A stretch of 64,000 nt of DNA from Bugula neritina (GCA_964035545.1 OZ037767.1:6836707-6900706), one strand, 5' to 3'; shown: positions 41,401 to 54,331, counted from the stretch's first letter. Notes: generated from the sequence alone by a model not told the origin. Program-made: numbers and translations.

Positions 41401-44400
41401 ATTCTATCAAAACCAGTCATTAGGTCTTCATCTTTGTTGTATTCAATACCATTTAACTCGACGCACTTTGCTCTCTCATGGTGTTCAGATGTCTCTATTC
41501 TCTCATCAAGAGACTTGTACTCCTCCAGTTTTTGTTCAACGTGTTTGACAGAATTTTCAATCCTTGAGATATTGTAGTCATTTTTCCTAGTTTCTTGATG
41601 TACGAATTCCAGGGACTTTTCGAATTCTTTTTGAGTATTCTCAATAGCTGTCAGCCTTGATTTGATACTGGAGAATTCACTCAAAACCAGATCTAGTTTG
41701 TTGTCCAGTGTTTTTAGAGTCACCTCATCTTCTGAGGTAGACTTAGTTGATCTAGTAGAACGCATTGTGAAATATTTGTGATAAGTTTATACAAGCTTCA
41801 AAAATGTTGGAAAAAGCTAATGCATTTAAACAGCTATGTAAGAGAGCTCTGTAAACACAACCTCTCTCAGCGAAAGCCAACTGCCAATGTGACTATATGG
41901 TCCTCTAAAAGATCTATCATTTAATATTCAGAAACCTCCACACTCGCCTGTGGCCCCACGGAGTCCACCTCGTGCTGTTATCAAGCCGTTTACCACCCCA
42001 GCCATGTTGTCCGCCAATGCCGGATCCTCCCGTGCACCGTCTACTGTAGAGTTAGCCAACACACCAGACCTTACTAACATTTCAAAGTCTCCTTGTTTAG
42101 CAAAGATGGAGAATAATGAGGTAGTCATATGGTAGCTGCTACTCCTACTCATCAAGTCACACAAAATAATAATATTAACATTAATAAATACTCACTGATT
42201 CAACATACATGAAAAAATAACATTTTCTACTAAGAATAACATTACACTTTGTCAGTTTTTAATAGTTTCAATTTAATGTGATGCTTTTTTAAAAAAACCA
42301 CTTTTTTCAAGACTGCAGTCACTTATTGCAGGTGAAAGAAGTACTGAATAAGTTAGAGGATCTGGTGAAGCCTGTGTTCTGTAAGTGTCTAGCTATGGAA
42401 CTGAGGGAGGTGTTTGGAGAACTGTGGGAGACAATGGTGTACAGGAAGCCACCGTGGGACACATTTCTTCCTGTTCTGGAATCTTTTAACAAGTAAAGTA
42501 TTTCATTAAGCTCTCACACTGCTTAATTAGAGATTATCTTACTGAGGTAGTGCTTGCCGTATAATTAGAGATCGGTCAGCTCATGTTACATAAACTCTTG
42601 CTGATGATGTGCAAAAAATTTATCATTATAACAGTTATTGTTACTTGAAAAATTTAGCATACTTTGTTGAAATGATGGCAGTGCAGCCACAACCAATCAT
42701 ACTCGTATAGCTTGTGCTCTAGGCATAGTTATTGTAAGTGGACTGTAATTATTAGTATTGTGGCTATTTCAGCTCATCCCCTTTCTGCATTAATTAAAAT
42801 GGTTTCTAAACGCAGCAACATTTACTTATGCTTGGCTCGAACTAACCGGCGCATGAAGTAGTGTCGGAGCCGCTTAACTGAACTAAGCCTATTAAATAAA
42901 TATGTTTTGTATCTGTAAGCACTATTTGCAGACATTGGATGGCGGTGTTTGGTATGATACTCAGTAGACATGCAGTGAAGTCTGTACAGACTCTTCAGAA
43001 TATGTTTAAGAAGTGTACCGGGTCTGCTGATGAAGTCACCGATGTTGTTATCGCTGCCATCACATTGATTCGAGCATTCGATGTGGCCAGAAGAAGGTAT
43101 AACCTGACATCTAGTTTATATTATATTGGAATATCTTCTGTGCTTTTGTATGAGCAACAGATTTTATTAAATTCATTTTCTTTGCTATCAACTAACGAGT
43201 TGCATGTTTCTAGATACAATACAGCTACAACTGAAACATACTTTTCAACAATAAAGCAAAGTTGATCAGATAGAAAACCTGTAAATGCTGCCATATTCCG
43301 TAGACAACTCTCATTACTTAATCGCAAATTTTTTTTAGCCTAGGGACTGTAAATTTAAAAATGATGGAAAGAATACATGATTGCACCAAACAATATTTTA
43401 CAAATGTTTTTGTTTTTTTCGCTAAAACAGGACGTCAATATGTATTGTTTTTTAAAGATGAATATTATATTACATATTGACCAAGTCTTAACATGCTGTA
43501 ATAACTTTCAGTGTGATTGGGCAACTATATTTCCAGCCTCTCTCTTTATCGTTTTGGTTGTTGCCCATAAGCTATGCCTACTCTGGCATCACATCACATT
43601 ATATTATAGTAGTGTTACAAGTTTATATTAAATGATGCAATCACTGCTGTATGTCTTGAGGTAGTCACTCTGTATGGTCAAAGAGATGTTCATATTGCAG
43701 TTACTCAGCTGAGGCTAGAACTCTACTCCCTATGTTGAGTGAACTACTTGAGTCAGTGTCTCCTAAGAGCAATGATGAGGATATACAATGTGTAAGTATG
43801 ACACACACTTACATACAGTGTGTATTATATACTGTACATGTAAGTGTAAGTACAACACACACTTACTTGTGTATATTATATACTGTGCATGTTTACTATG
43901 CACTATTATGGTGTGGTATATAGTGGTGCATTTATAATACTCTATATATTATATACTGTGAATGTAAGTAGCTCTGTGTTAGTACGACTTACTTACTCGT
44001 GTATATTATATATTGCACATGTTTACTATACACTTTTGTGGTGTGGTATATAGTGGTGCATGTATAATACTTACGGATACAGGTGCATAGCATGTACCTG
44101 TACATGATTACATACTAGTACTTGTTATATGTACTCATATGAGTGTGATGTACACAGAAGTAATAATAATATACAGTAATGGTAACCTTATATGTCTTGG
44201 TACAAATTATGTTACTTTATATGAATGTTATTACTGCTATTTTGTTAAGTTTTTTCTTCCTATTTTCTTAACTTCTTTCCCATGTCCACATTATACAGTA
44301 TGTTATATGTTTCAATATAAATTCACAGTATTGTAGTATGTCAATATGTAATTATACCCTATAAATAGTCTAGTATTGAGTTACTGTGCCCTATCCTCTG

Positions 44401-45397
44401 TGACTTGTAGTTATATCACCTGTAGTTATATCACCTGTAGTTATATCAGGGTGGTGTATATGTTTACCAGCAGGTTGAGGAGTCTCATGGTGCAGATTGT
44501 CCGTCAGCTAGTTCTGCTGTCTCCGCTGACCTTAATTCTGAAGTAGCCAATGAGCTGACAAAGATATTCACCACACTCGACCATGGATGGTATTGTTCAT
44601 AGATAATAGAGAAACATGTGTGGTCATGTCTACGGCTGGAACTGAACACAGAAATTTAATACATTTTTTGTTGTTGCGGGTCACTGATTGGTTTAGCTGG
44701 CTTTTTAATGATTTAAAATGTTTTACAATCATTTTCAGTATATTCTCGAGTGATAAAATGTAAGTTTGGAATAGTCTCCCATCTAAGCACATCTGTTGTA
44801 TTCGCTTGTAGTAAGAACGTTGGGGAGACGAATGCTAAGCAGGCTGTAGATGTTGTGATGGGGCTGGGCACTGCCTATCAAAGGGCTCTCTCTGATCCAA
44901 TACAAACAGAATCTGTTGAACAGTTTCTCTTACAGCTGAACAGTGTGTCACTACTTCTAAACCTTCAGGTTCCCTTTAGAAAACATTTTGTACACAGGTT
45001 TTCTGCAGAGTTAAAATACCATGCTTTTAATATTGTTCAATAATTCTTATTTACAAACCTTACTCAAATATAAATTAGAGTTGTTGAACATTTGGTTTGA
45101 ATCTAGCTCTGTTTTGCCCAATAATCTTTTCAGCTTCTCAACAGTGTGACTACTGGGTGTATTAATTACTTATTTCATGTATTGTCTATTGGACTCGGCA
45201 CTGATTTTTCATAAATCTCTTTATAAATTGCAGAGTATAATATGAAATAGCTGGTGTCACACTGTATATTTCTATCATAGGAGTCAAAAATCTCAGTAGA
45301 AAATTTGGGTAGCTTTATTTCCTACAACAGACCTCTGATGTTGGAGGGGTTGGCTCATCTGGAACGTTTAGCCCTAGATCTTCATAGTAAACTCTGA
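32467..45397 (+). CDS. SWT1: SWT1-like PIN-domain RNA endoribonuclease with an N-terminal WW domain, multi-exon
   Basis: WW: LPANWVRKESRSRPGRFYFANSLTGQSVW; PIN: VVIDTC (~36235), IPWQVLQELD (~36600), ADDHIIKCC (~37180), LVTEDINL (~37630); C-terminal RKPPW..HWMAVFG; last exon 45281-45397; some internal exon bounds uncertain. Confidence 0.85.
38107..40977 (-). CDS. LINE ORF2: APE endonuclease + reverse transcriptase (956 aa)
   Basis: LTETW, GGGV, GDINID, LDH, SDH; NYRPIS, DFSKAFD, GVPQGSVLGP, YADD. Confidence 0.97.
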   Translation of the reverse strand: MHEINCTAYDIFSFNKLEVNNSTFSLLNFNIQSIRNKFSHFEYFLNTFSNPFDVICLTETWLNDDEIQFFKLEGYDFVGSQRLGRGGGVGAYVRCGLGADTKAVSLSGADVLSLVLHSQASKSSHFRLTIIYRQPGASSTDAFLSDLEAYISHDSSPHIVVGDINIDTLDMNVSDTYSTTISTYAFYNAITLPTRISSSRASCLDHILLNFSCINGKSGTIESDLSDHLPTFVTFQLNCSNRTNIVSDDMYRTINYSKLVSKINSFCWLKLFDDSQNCEVNYDIFITRLKFLIESCSQTIENNRPSKKFAQKPWITEHLLTQIKKKYALHKRVKKAPLNKKILKRYNAFRNNLNADLRTAKYDYFKAFISNCNSSQLWVLINEQTGKAKLNKRCFSSKLYSVEDSETMLDSNMDIANNFNLYFSTIAQKLASNFTNSNSDTYSMLTNITKEEFHLKKTDESQIIEIIEKLDSKKAIGLDNIPTKLIKFCKISLSTPLAYLFNKSIEEKIVPAQIKTAKILPFYKKGSHDRCENYRPISILPIFSKILEKIVNNQILNFLESKNLISKNQYGFRKNLSTADAVVKFKNNTLEAFNNGNCVLGIFIDFSKAFDTINHNILLAKMRKLGFSESTVSWVANYLSNRSHSTLVNATLSSSRSVTCGVPQGSVLGPTLFLIYINDLAQQFKLFNPIFYADDTNLFFESKDLNSHLEAINQDLNSLSIWCNKNKLTINYEKCNYIVLKNYQNPFQILENCILLNKRPINYSNSITFLGVQIDKNLNWSLHISNLLTKLRPLSGLIYRCSEYLPQKILLLIYNSFINSKLNYCAEAWGNAANTHLNKIFIFQKKVMRIMNKKPFDHPSAPLFTKHKVLSIYQIYRFKVLKKAHSFFYSDNFFPTHSINTRQSFINLPLPHSQTAAGHRRNCYQEVALWNELPIPLRSISNPNEFGRKLRLYLLE
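41028..41765 (-). CDS. LINE ORF1 (coiled coil + RRM-like + C-terminal domain, 245 aa)
   Basis: Immediately upstream of ORF2; heptad-rich N half; VELNGI and IFINEVL..YKYVW..IYLR motifs typical of CR1/L2-group ORF1. Confidence 0.88.
   Translation of the reverse strand: MRSTRSTKSTSEDEVTLKTLDNKLDLVLSEFSSIKSRLTAIENTQKEFEKSLEFVHQETRKNDYNISRIENSVKHVEQKLEEYKSLDERIETSEHHERAKCVELNGIEYNKDEDLMTGFDRIIKNLKMTSISTTQDIDKIYRIRQTKRIVVKFVHTNKRDTFFHTYRKSIMSTKQLGFQTDSKIFINEVLSSKQRDLFWKTRNFKKSNNYKYVWTFAQRIYLRRTPDSEAIQINDVNDLENLKCV
43790..44075. repeat. Degenerate intronic tandem duplication
   Basis: Repeated GTATATTATATACTGT and CATGTTTACTAT..TGGTGTGGTATATAGTGGTGCAT blocks. Confidence 0.7.
44406..44448. repeat. 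3 x 15-bp tandem repeat TGTAGTTATATCACC
   Basis: Read directly. Confidence 0.85.
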
Positions 45398-47115
45398 TTT
45401 TAGGTAAGGCTGCTTAATAACCGCCCTATGGTACAACTAAATTAGGAGTGATTTTAAGTATATGATATTTGAATCTAACTTATATAACAATTCTATTCAT
45501 TAGTAAAATTGTGTAATCGACACCAGTAACAGAGTTTGCTATATAAATGCAGTAAATAAGTTTTTCAGTTTTATTCATCAATTATACACTGCAATCCTGA
45601 AATCCACTCAATAAAAGAGTTTCTTCATGAATTTGCACTTTAAGGTTATATTTGCATACATAAAACAGTTTTAGATGTTGATGATTAATCCTGTGTTTTC
45701 TGTTACTAGGCTGTTTGTTGAAGAGAGAATCGGTGATTTATTTACACACAGTCCAACACCAAGTGCGTGTGCAAAAGCAACTGATGTAGGGCGTGTTAGT
45801 CTGAGTTAAATGTGATAATTATATTTCTGACACAAAATATAAATTGTTTTCATTTCATCTTAATAAATATTTTTGGTCTGAAAGTAATTGGTCTAGAAGG
45901 CGTCTACTAGCCAATGAAATTTAGTGGAAAGTTCCTCAACACAAGAAGTATTGTTAGAAAAAAATTATGCATTTCCTCAAGGTGCTACCTACACAATATA
46001 TTTTTTTGTTAATAATATTTTGTTGGTTTTTTTCTGTTGACATTTTATCAAAGCTCAAACAGTGCAATTGTTTGAAAAAAGAGTTTAGTTGCTACAATTT
46101 TATCAGGGTTTTGATCAGTATGCTAGTTGCTGTGTATTTTCAAAATTTATTTTTTAGTAAAATATATGTTTTTCAGTCAGTATCATACGTTCAAGACTTA
46201 ACTATTTTTATTATTATAGTGGTTCTTCTGATGCTAGGTATTTTCTGTATATTAGAAAATACAAGGTTTGCTGAAACTAGTACAGAGTGTTGGTTTAGAC
46301 TAAAATAATAACAAATATATAAAACTGATCCAATGTATAGAATTGGGAAATTATCTGCCCTTTTAAGACTGTTGGTCATTCTCCTCGAGAAGGGAGGAGA
46401 GTATCGCACATAGTATCAGGTGACTTGCTTTGAGTGACAGAAGCTAATCATGGTCTTCTTGAAGCCACCAAGTATGCTCAGCAAGTTCTAAGTCTTGTAT
46501 GATGATTTTAATATATTATTATAAACATGCTAGTTTACAGAGAAATACCTGCTCAATTGTGTAATTATATCTTGCAACTAGTATAAGCCTTGCGATGAAA
46601 AAGGTTTTTTGCACTCGCATTATAAGCAACAATGATTGTTTTTTGCTTAAATATACAATTTATATATTACATTTATAACGAAACACATTTCTCGTATTAC
46701 TAGATAAATTCATCAAATAAGAAATTAGATATTACAATTTTTATTGCAAAACATAAACATATTATTTTTAGTTCATTCTATACCATAAACACAAAGCATA
46801 CTCTCAATAATATATAAATATCAACTAATGCAATACTTTATAAGGAAGACAAAATACACATGCAAAACACATTTGACAAAATTAGGGTGTGATAAAAAAA
46901 ATCAATAAAGGAGTGAAATAACGGCCATATAAACAAAATTTTGACAATAAAGCTTGAAGATTCATTAGCAAGGAGTTGAATTTTTTGAAAAGATTTAAAG
47001 ATTGCATTAATACAGTGGTAAATATTAGTTTGGTACAAATGATGATATAATAATTATAATATTCTTCATTCCCGTTTACCATGTCATCTGAGAGGTAAAA
47101 AAACCTAAATGATAT

Positions 47116-47650
47116 TGTGGTAAATATTAAGAGTTATCCCCCTTGACACATTACTTATGGCTATTTTTCTAAATACAGTAATCATAGCTAATCATGTAGC
47201 GTAACTTTTTAATACCTTAAACACTATGGCTAATGTTGAGCTTTTAACATAGTAAATAGTTAATCTCCTTTCCCCAAATTACAAGTTACAATACGCATAC
47301 ACTTGGTTGGGTTCATTTTTGTTGATTCATGTAAACCGACAGTTGGACCGATTTCGGCAGGTGGATGCAGGCAGACCGAATGTCGGTTACCGATATTTCC
47401 AGTGTCGGTATCCCCTGCCGAACATCGGCCTGCTGTCGGTGGAAGGTTCTAGAGGTCCTTTGTTCTACCAGTATAAAAGGACACGCATTTTAGAGCTTCA
47501 GTCACTTGCGGACTGGAGCTCACACTGGATACTTCTCACTGCTACAATAAAGTACTGCAAGCACACGGCAACCTCTCTCTCTTGTCTCTTCTATAACAAG
47601 GAGTTATGTTCTCTGCCTGATTTCATTCTATCACCCACAAGACTACTACA
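47116..47650 (+). mobile_element. Solo LTR (Gypsy, related to the element 3 LTR)
   Basis: TGTGGTAAAT..CTACA ends; ATAT TSD 47112-47115/47651-47654; TATAAAAG, ACTGGAGCTC, CTACAATAAAG, TTTCATTC..CCCACAA shared with the 59190 LTR. Confidence 0.88.
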
Positions 47651-47697
47651 ATATGCCAATACCATCAATCATACCAACAAACAAACTAATAAAATAT

Positions 47698-48100
47698 TGT
47701 AATGGATTTCAGTAGTGCAATTAACAATTAGTTTATATATCGAAAGGGTCGACTCTATGTTATATTATTGTGGAGGTCGACTACATCGACTTCCATCTTA
47801 TGGTCGACAGTGGCACCACTAATACCAGCCAATCAGGAAGGACTGTTAATTGATAGCAGGTGGAGCTAGCTACTCGTAGTGGAAGCACGCTAAGTAGCTA
47901 GCCGGGCAGAGCAGCTTGGGACTTCGCTTAGAGTAGTTGTGTGCAAAGTGCTCAGTATTATGTAATCGTACAATTCATGTTAGTAGTAATTCAATTCTTG
48001 TATCTTGTAAATAATAAACTTGTTATAACGTAAATAACCTGGTGTAGTAGCTTTGTATAAGTCGACCCACATAATATAGTGAATTGAGAAATTCACTACA
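47698..48100 (+). mobile_element. Solo LTR (Gypsy)
   Basis: TGTAATGGATTT start (same as element 2 LTR), ends AAATTCACTACA; ATAT TSD 47694-47697/48101-48104; AATAAA; CCTGGTGTAGT shared with the element 1 LTR. Confidence 0.85.
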
Positions 48101-50118
48101 ATATGTATAGGTGCTGTTGAAAAGTTTTATTTTGTATTTGATGTCAAGGACATTACATTTTTGTTACTTCAGGACAGATCATGCATGTCATGTATGGTTC
48201 TGAACCATCCTAATCAGCCAGTGAATGAAAATATTATTTATGCCAACAGTCCTACGTCCCCAAATGCCCAAGACCATCATGTACCTTTGACTAACTGCAC
48301 TGTAAATAAAAAGAGCTGAAAAATAATTTTGTTCATATGAATTTTGAAGAGAGCATATCATGATATCAAATTCGCTCATGAATATAATTATTTCAATAAT
48401 ATTTTTTGCAAAAGGCAATTTTATTACTCATAATATGTATTTGTAGGTTTTTCATTTTAATCCAAATTTTATTTAAGTAAATTATTTGTAGTCTACTGGA
48501 TGGAAACCTACAACTAACTGTAGCTGCAACTTTCCTCATTTTACCATCAAGTTGACAGGGCAAAAGAATTATTACAACCGAAGAAACTTGATTGAGCATG
48601 CCACAACTGAATCTTTGGGAAACAGATTTTTTGAACATCATCGCTCAACTACCAATCACATGCCTGATTTAAATGCCTTTCACCCTGGTACTTTTGATGA
48701 GACACAATTTGGAAAATGTGACGACACCCAACCAAATTAGAAATGATATGCCTTAGGTGAAACACTATTACAAAAAGAAAAAATTTGTTTGAAGTGAGCA
48801 TTATTTATTTTGAATATAGGGTTAATAAATATAAAATATGCAGTAAGACTTGTGTTTCTAGACCATTATTATAGGCAACTGAAATAACAATGGGTGTACT
48901 GATCAATAAAGTATATATAATTATAATATACTTTGATTTTCATGTGATAATTAACTTGCATATAGATCATTGGTGCCATAAAGTGAAACATAATATATAC
49001 ATATCACATGTTAAAAATAGACAATTTATACTTGTTTTATATAAAAACAACATTGTCCATTTGGCTTTTATGCAAAAAAGTATAAACAGAATTTTTCTCA
49101 TTAATTTTTTTCCTAATGAAATTCTAACTTATATGAATATATTTTGACTGAATAAAATAATTTAACAGCCACGATGACCCTGATCATCTTTTACAGATGC
49201 AAGAAGAAAAACAACCGAGCCATAACTTTGAAGAAAATCCTGTAGTTTCTCGAGAAATTGAAGAAGTTTCTGTGGTTCAGCAGGTAACCATGCAAAAGCC
49301 TTTAGTACTATATACATTAATTTAGTACTGTTTTTTGTACAAACAACGCCTTCCCATAAAAAAATTTAGACAAACTAATAAATATAAAGTTCCTCAATAT
49401 AATTTACTTGAACTCGCCCAAAATAGAGTAGCTAAAAATATATAGGCTACATTATATGAGCTTTTTGAAAAAACAATCATTACGTGAGCTTGTTATTTTC
49501 TAAAGACACGAGATGACCAACCATCTACACACATTAGAGAAAAGCAATTTCAAGAAATTCAGACCCAGCTAGTAGCTTTGAGTGAGCCTGGCAGAGCCAT
49601 TGATCCCAAGATAGTCCAAAAGGTAAGCCTCAACCTGCAGTGAAACACAATTCTTAAATTGACAATAATTATAATCAAAAGAAACTGCAGTAATTTACAA
49701 AATTTTTAATTAAAATAAATTAAATTATTTAAAAGAAACATTATCTGAAATAATCAAATGACTTTGATCCAACTTTTGGTAGCTATAAATTTTTAAATTT
49801 ATAATTCTTTTGCTGCTAACAAAAATCTAAAGGATTTTTGTTTGAGGAGAGAATTTCGAACCAAGTGTATTTCAAGGATTTTATTTGTGATTTTTTTTTA
49901 CAGATAAACGCTATTCCGAAGAGAAAACCGTTTACAAAGTGAAATGGGAAATACATGTGATGACGAGATTACCACCAAGTATTTTAGGTAAATTAATTCA
50001 CAAGAAATGAATTGATTAGAATAACTATTATTAAAGAATTCCATGCAAGAGGAAAGGGTCTAATAATCTAAATTATAATGTCTAATGAATATTTTATTTT
50101 TCGAAAATGAGATATTTC

Positions 50119-50208
50119 TGTGTATGTATGTATGTGTGTGTGTATGTATGTGTGTGTATGTATGTGTGTATGTATGTGTATGTGTGTGCGTATGTATGTA
50201 TGTATATG
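50119..50208. repeat. (GT)/(GTAT) microsatellite
   Basis: Read directly. Confidence 0.95.
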
Positions 50209-50226
50209 TGAAACTATATTTTTCAG

Positions 50227-50862
50227 GAAAATAGGAATAGATCATATTAGAGCCATTAAAACTAACGGTGATGGGAATTGCTTGTTAAGAGCACTGAGTT
50301 GTACTCTTTACTCAGATGAAAAGAGCCATGTAGAACTTCGTATTCAGGCATGTGTACACTTAAGTAACAGCATGGACATTATAATGAATCGAAATAACCT
50401 GAGTAAATGGTTTGGCTTTGAGCTTGATGATGATGAATATTGCGCTCTACTTGCTAGTGCTATGACACAAGGTAATTTGGATTTCAGTGCAGAAAATCTG
50501 TCTTAATTGCTGATGCAAAATCATGCTATCGAAATTATGAGAAATGGGGAATATGGCAGTCAATGGTTAATAATTGCAATAGCTCATCTTTTAGGAAAAA
50601 ATGTACAAATTATATACCCTGTTCAAACACCACCACGATATATGAACTGTCTTCTAAGGCTCAATAAAAATAGTGATGACAAAATCATTCTCAGTTGGAC
50701 TACTGCTGGTAGATATGTTGAAGACGAGAATAGTTTAGTTCCAGACCATTTTGTTGTGTGAACAGCAATGACCAGATCTCCGCAACATCCTATGCCCATA
50801 AACATACAAGAAAAAGCAGATGCTGAAGTAAAGTTCAAAAATTATGGCCAATTCACTAGAAT
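50227..50862 (+). pseudogene. OTU-like cysteine protease exon (transposon-associated) with two in-frame stops
   Basis: GDGNCLLRALS..HVELR catalytic Cys motif and DHFV His motif; stops at 50504-50506 and 50759-50761; AG acceptor at 50225-50226, GTAAGT donor at 50863. Confidence 0.8.
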
Positions 50863-51533
50863 GTAAGTTTTGGAGAATAAATTATTTCTGTATTTAGATT
50901 GTGACTGTTACTCTTTGTAAGATTGATTGGTTTATTATATTGTAATGGATTTGCCCAAATATATTATGTTCTTTTTTTTGTAAGTAGAGTTATGTTCCCT
51001 CGCACTCGTTTTTCTTTTTATTATATGTGAGCCGAGACTCGTGCCAAGTCGGAGACCGAAGACACGATGTCGGAGGGACCTGCCCGAGATCGGGCAGGAC
51101 TCCCTCCGATGTCGGTCGGCGGAACTCCGACGTTCGTACGAGTTTCGAACCCCCATTAGTGGCGGGAACTCCCCTATATATAAGTGCGAGTTTTTCAAAG
51201 CTAAGTCATTATTGTACGGGAGCTCAAAGAAGAAAGAAGCAATAAATACTCTTAAATTTACAATTATCAAGACTCTTTATTTTATCACAATAATTGGCAT
51301 GCAGACTACTAGTCTATTCTCATAACCCACAAAAACACAACATTGGTGGCAGCGGTGGGATAAGAATAGACTAGTACGACAAGCAGCCATTAGAGAGAAA
51401 TAAGAAACAGAACAATTGGGGAAGAAGGAGAAGTAGAAGTCATGAGGGAAGAAGTAGAAGAAGGGGACCGTCTCACCATGGAGATTCTCATATCGGCCCT
51501 CCGAGAGGTCGGGAAGACCGGACAGGCAGCACC

Positions 51534-53705
51534 ATCCTGGACACCGACGCCAGTGACCACAGTGTGGGAGCTGTTCTGTCTCAAGTCCAGGGTGGAAGTG
51601 AGGTGGTCGTAGCTTACTACAGCAAGACTCTCGCGGCCGCCGAGAAAAACTACTGCACTACTAGGAAGGAACTCCTAGCAGTAGTCAAGGCGGTTAAGCA
51701 CTTTCGGCCATATCTGTATGGGAGAACGTTCCGGTTGCGAACAGACCATGCATCACTGATATGGCTGTGTAAACGTGTAGAGCCCTCGAGTCAGGTGGCT
51801 CGTTGGCTAGAGATTCTTGCAGAGTTCTCCTACCGGATAGAGCACCGTGCCGGCAAGAAGCACGGGAACGCTGATGGCATGAGTCGCCGACCGGTAGAGA
51901 ACTGCAAGCAATGCCTGCACATCGAGAAACGTGATGGGGGACCTGATCGCTTTGACGTCGAGGCACAGTTGGGGGACGGCAACGTCTATCGTTGGGAGCA
52001 CGGCCATCTTCGGCCTGAAACCCACTCCAACGACGTCCAGGCACTCTGTGCTAACCCCACACTGTACCAGAACGTCAAGGAGCTGTGTCGACTGCAAGAA
52101 ACACTCCCTGGATCAGTAGCTGACATCTTCCGGGCCAAGAAAGAAGGCAGGCGGCCCTCGGAGGAACAGCAAAGACAAGGAGACGCTGAATTTCAGTTCT
52201 TCTGCCGCCGCTGGAATTCTCTCCAGATTCGTTCGGACGGTCTCCTGACGATGACCCTCGCAGCAGACAACCGACAACAGGAGAGAGATCGCGTCGTATG
52301 CCCACGCGCCCTCCGTCGAGAAATCATCTGGGACACCCACAAACAGGCCCATGCGGGAGCCAGTCGGGTCATCAGATGCCTACGGATGCGATGGTACTGG
52401 CCCGGAATGACCAGGGATGTGAGACTGAAAATCCGGCAGTGCGAAGTCTGCCAGGCCAGCAAGCACGGGCGCCCCACCGAGACCACGGGTCGGCGCCGGC
52501 TGTACGCCGGTCGACCCTGGCAGGTCGTAGCCGTAGACCTTGTGGGACCAATGCCCATGACGGAGAGGGGGAATTCCTGGATTCTGGTCTTAACAGACCA
52601 CTTCACACGGTGGGCAGACGCCCTGGCCATCCCCGACGCAACGGCTCCCACGATAGCTAGGGTCCTGGACCAGCACGTGTTCTGCTACTTCGGCCTGCCT
52701 GAACAGATCCACACTGACCAAGGCGCACAATTTCAGTCACAACTGTTGAAGGACCTTTGCCAAGTATGGGGGGTGAATCAGAGCCGGACCACTCCGTACC
52801 ACCCTCAAGGAAACGGAGTAGTTGAGAGAAATAACCGAATGTTGGGTGATGCCCTCCGTAGCCTCTTGCTGGGAAGGAGCCAAGAGGAGTGGGACGTCAT
52901 GCTACCACAGATCGTGCGAGCATATCGAAGTACCCCCCACTCCAGCACGCAGGAAACACCTAATCTGATGATGTTGGGCCGTGAAACCAGGGTACCGGAA
53001 CACCTCGCTTACCATATTCCGAATCCGGAATTCCCGGTACATGAATACGTGGGAAAGCTAGTCGAAACCATGAAGAGAGCCCATGACGCACTGAGAGAGA
53101 AACAGTGGATGGTACGGGCAGAAGACTCCGAGGAACCTCCCCTATACCGCGAGGGAGACTGGATGTGGATGGTCAGCTACCGCAGGCGGCGCGGACAATC
53201 GGCTAAATTACAGCCTAAGTTCGTCGGGCCCTACTGCATGGTAGAGGTCTTACCAAACCATACATATCGTGTGGAACGCTCAGGGCAGATATCTGTCCAA
53301 AACGAGCAGCGGTTAAAACCTTACCACGGAAGCCCAGAGGCTGCGGGACAGGCACCACTACTGCTGGAACCAGCACGCCAGCCCATATCCCGTAGGAGGA
53401 GGAATCTACCCAGGGAGTGGGAAATAATTGTTCGTGATCCTGGAGAAGTCCGAGACACCCCCGACGCCCCGCCACAGAACCTGCCACCTGCTCTACATAC
53501 CCCTGACTCACCCAGCCGGACCAACCAACCAGAGGCATCAACCACGCCAACACAGGCCCCAGAGAACCTTCCCTTGCCACCGACACCTGTCTCAGAAGAC
53601 ATACCCCCCCCCCCCGCCGAACACCCCAGGCCAACCAAACAGCCCTACCAACCTCACTCTGGGGAGAGGAAAAAGAGACAAGAAACTACCGAGTTACTTG
53701 GCTGA
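51534..53705 (+). pseudogene. pol: Truncated pol (RNase H + integrase)
   Basis: Highly similar to the element 1 Pol C-terminal half; frameshift in the C-run at ~53604-53615 before RGKRDKKLPSYLADY. Confidence 0.92.
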
Positions 53706-54331
53706 CTATCAAGTGGGGTGCGTGGCTGAACCTTACTCTTCGAATCATTCATTCCAACTGAATACGAATTCAGACTGTCATCTCGGGCCGACCATAAACA
53801 CACCAACTATTCAAGAAATTCAAGACCGAAATTCGGAGCCAGCCCGACATCCGGAGTTGTCTGATTCAACTGACCACTTGACCAGTCACGTGATCGGCGA
53901 TCCCACGAGTTTTAAAATTAAAATTCAAAACTCGGCCATTTGCACTTCAACTCTGAATGACGAAGCACGCTATTTAAAACTCAAATCAGAAAACTTGATA
54001 GACATGGAGCCTGTTACAACCGAACAAACCCAACTCACTACGAGATCAGGTATTTCTAGCATACTAAAACCTCCCTTCACGGAGTATAGTAGCTCTTTCG
54101 ACTCATTTTCACCCGACTATCAGTGGGAAAATGAGTTGTTCTTTGACAACACAGGTCAGGGCGATTCAGAAGAGTCCCCAGTCCACGACTACCTGCTGGA
54201 TCAGGAGGTTGGACGGGTGTCTCTTCGGCTATCACCTGACCTACCCATTTGTCAAAGAGTGCCTTACAAGGAGATGCCGAAATTCGGCAATCTTACGGCC
54301 AGGTCACCAAGACCTCTATTTTCTATTGCAG

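Larger units (their letters stand above)
37935..41886 (-). mobile_element. Full-length intact LINE (L2/Crack/CR1-like), antisense in a SWT1 intron
   Basis: Two uninterrupted ORFs; 3' AATAAA + (AAAC)n tail at ~37935-37960; ATGT duplicated at 37931-37934 and 41887-41890. Confidence 0.93.

Noticed and set aside
45967-47082. Hydrophobic ORFs downstream of SWT1, and similar intronic ORFs at 21.9, 24.6 and 34.5 kb
   Set aside because: Consistent with chance ORFs in AT-rich non-coding DNA; no recognisable motifs
50120-50226. Cys/Val/Met-rich N-terminus of ORF 50120-50506
   Set aside because: Translation of an intronic microsatellite; the exon starts at 50227
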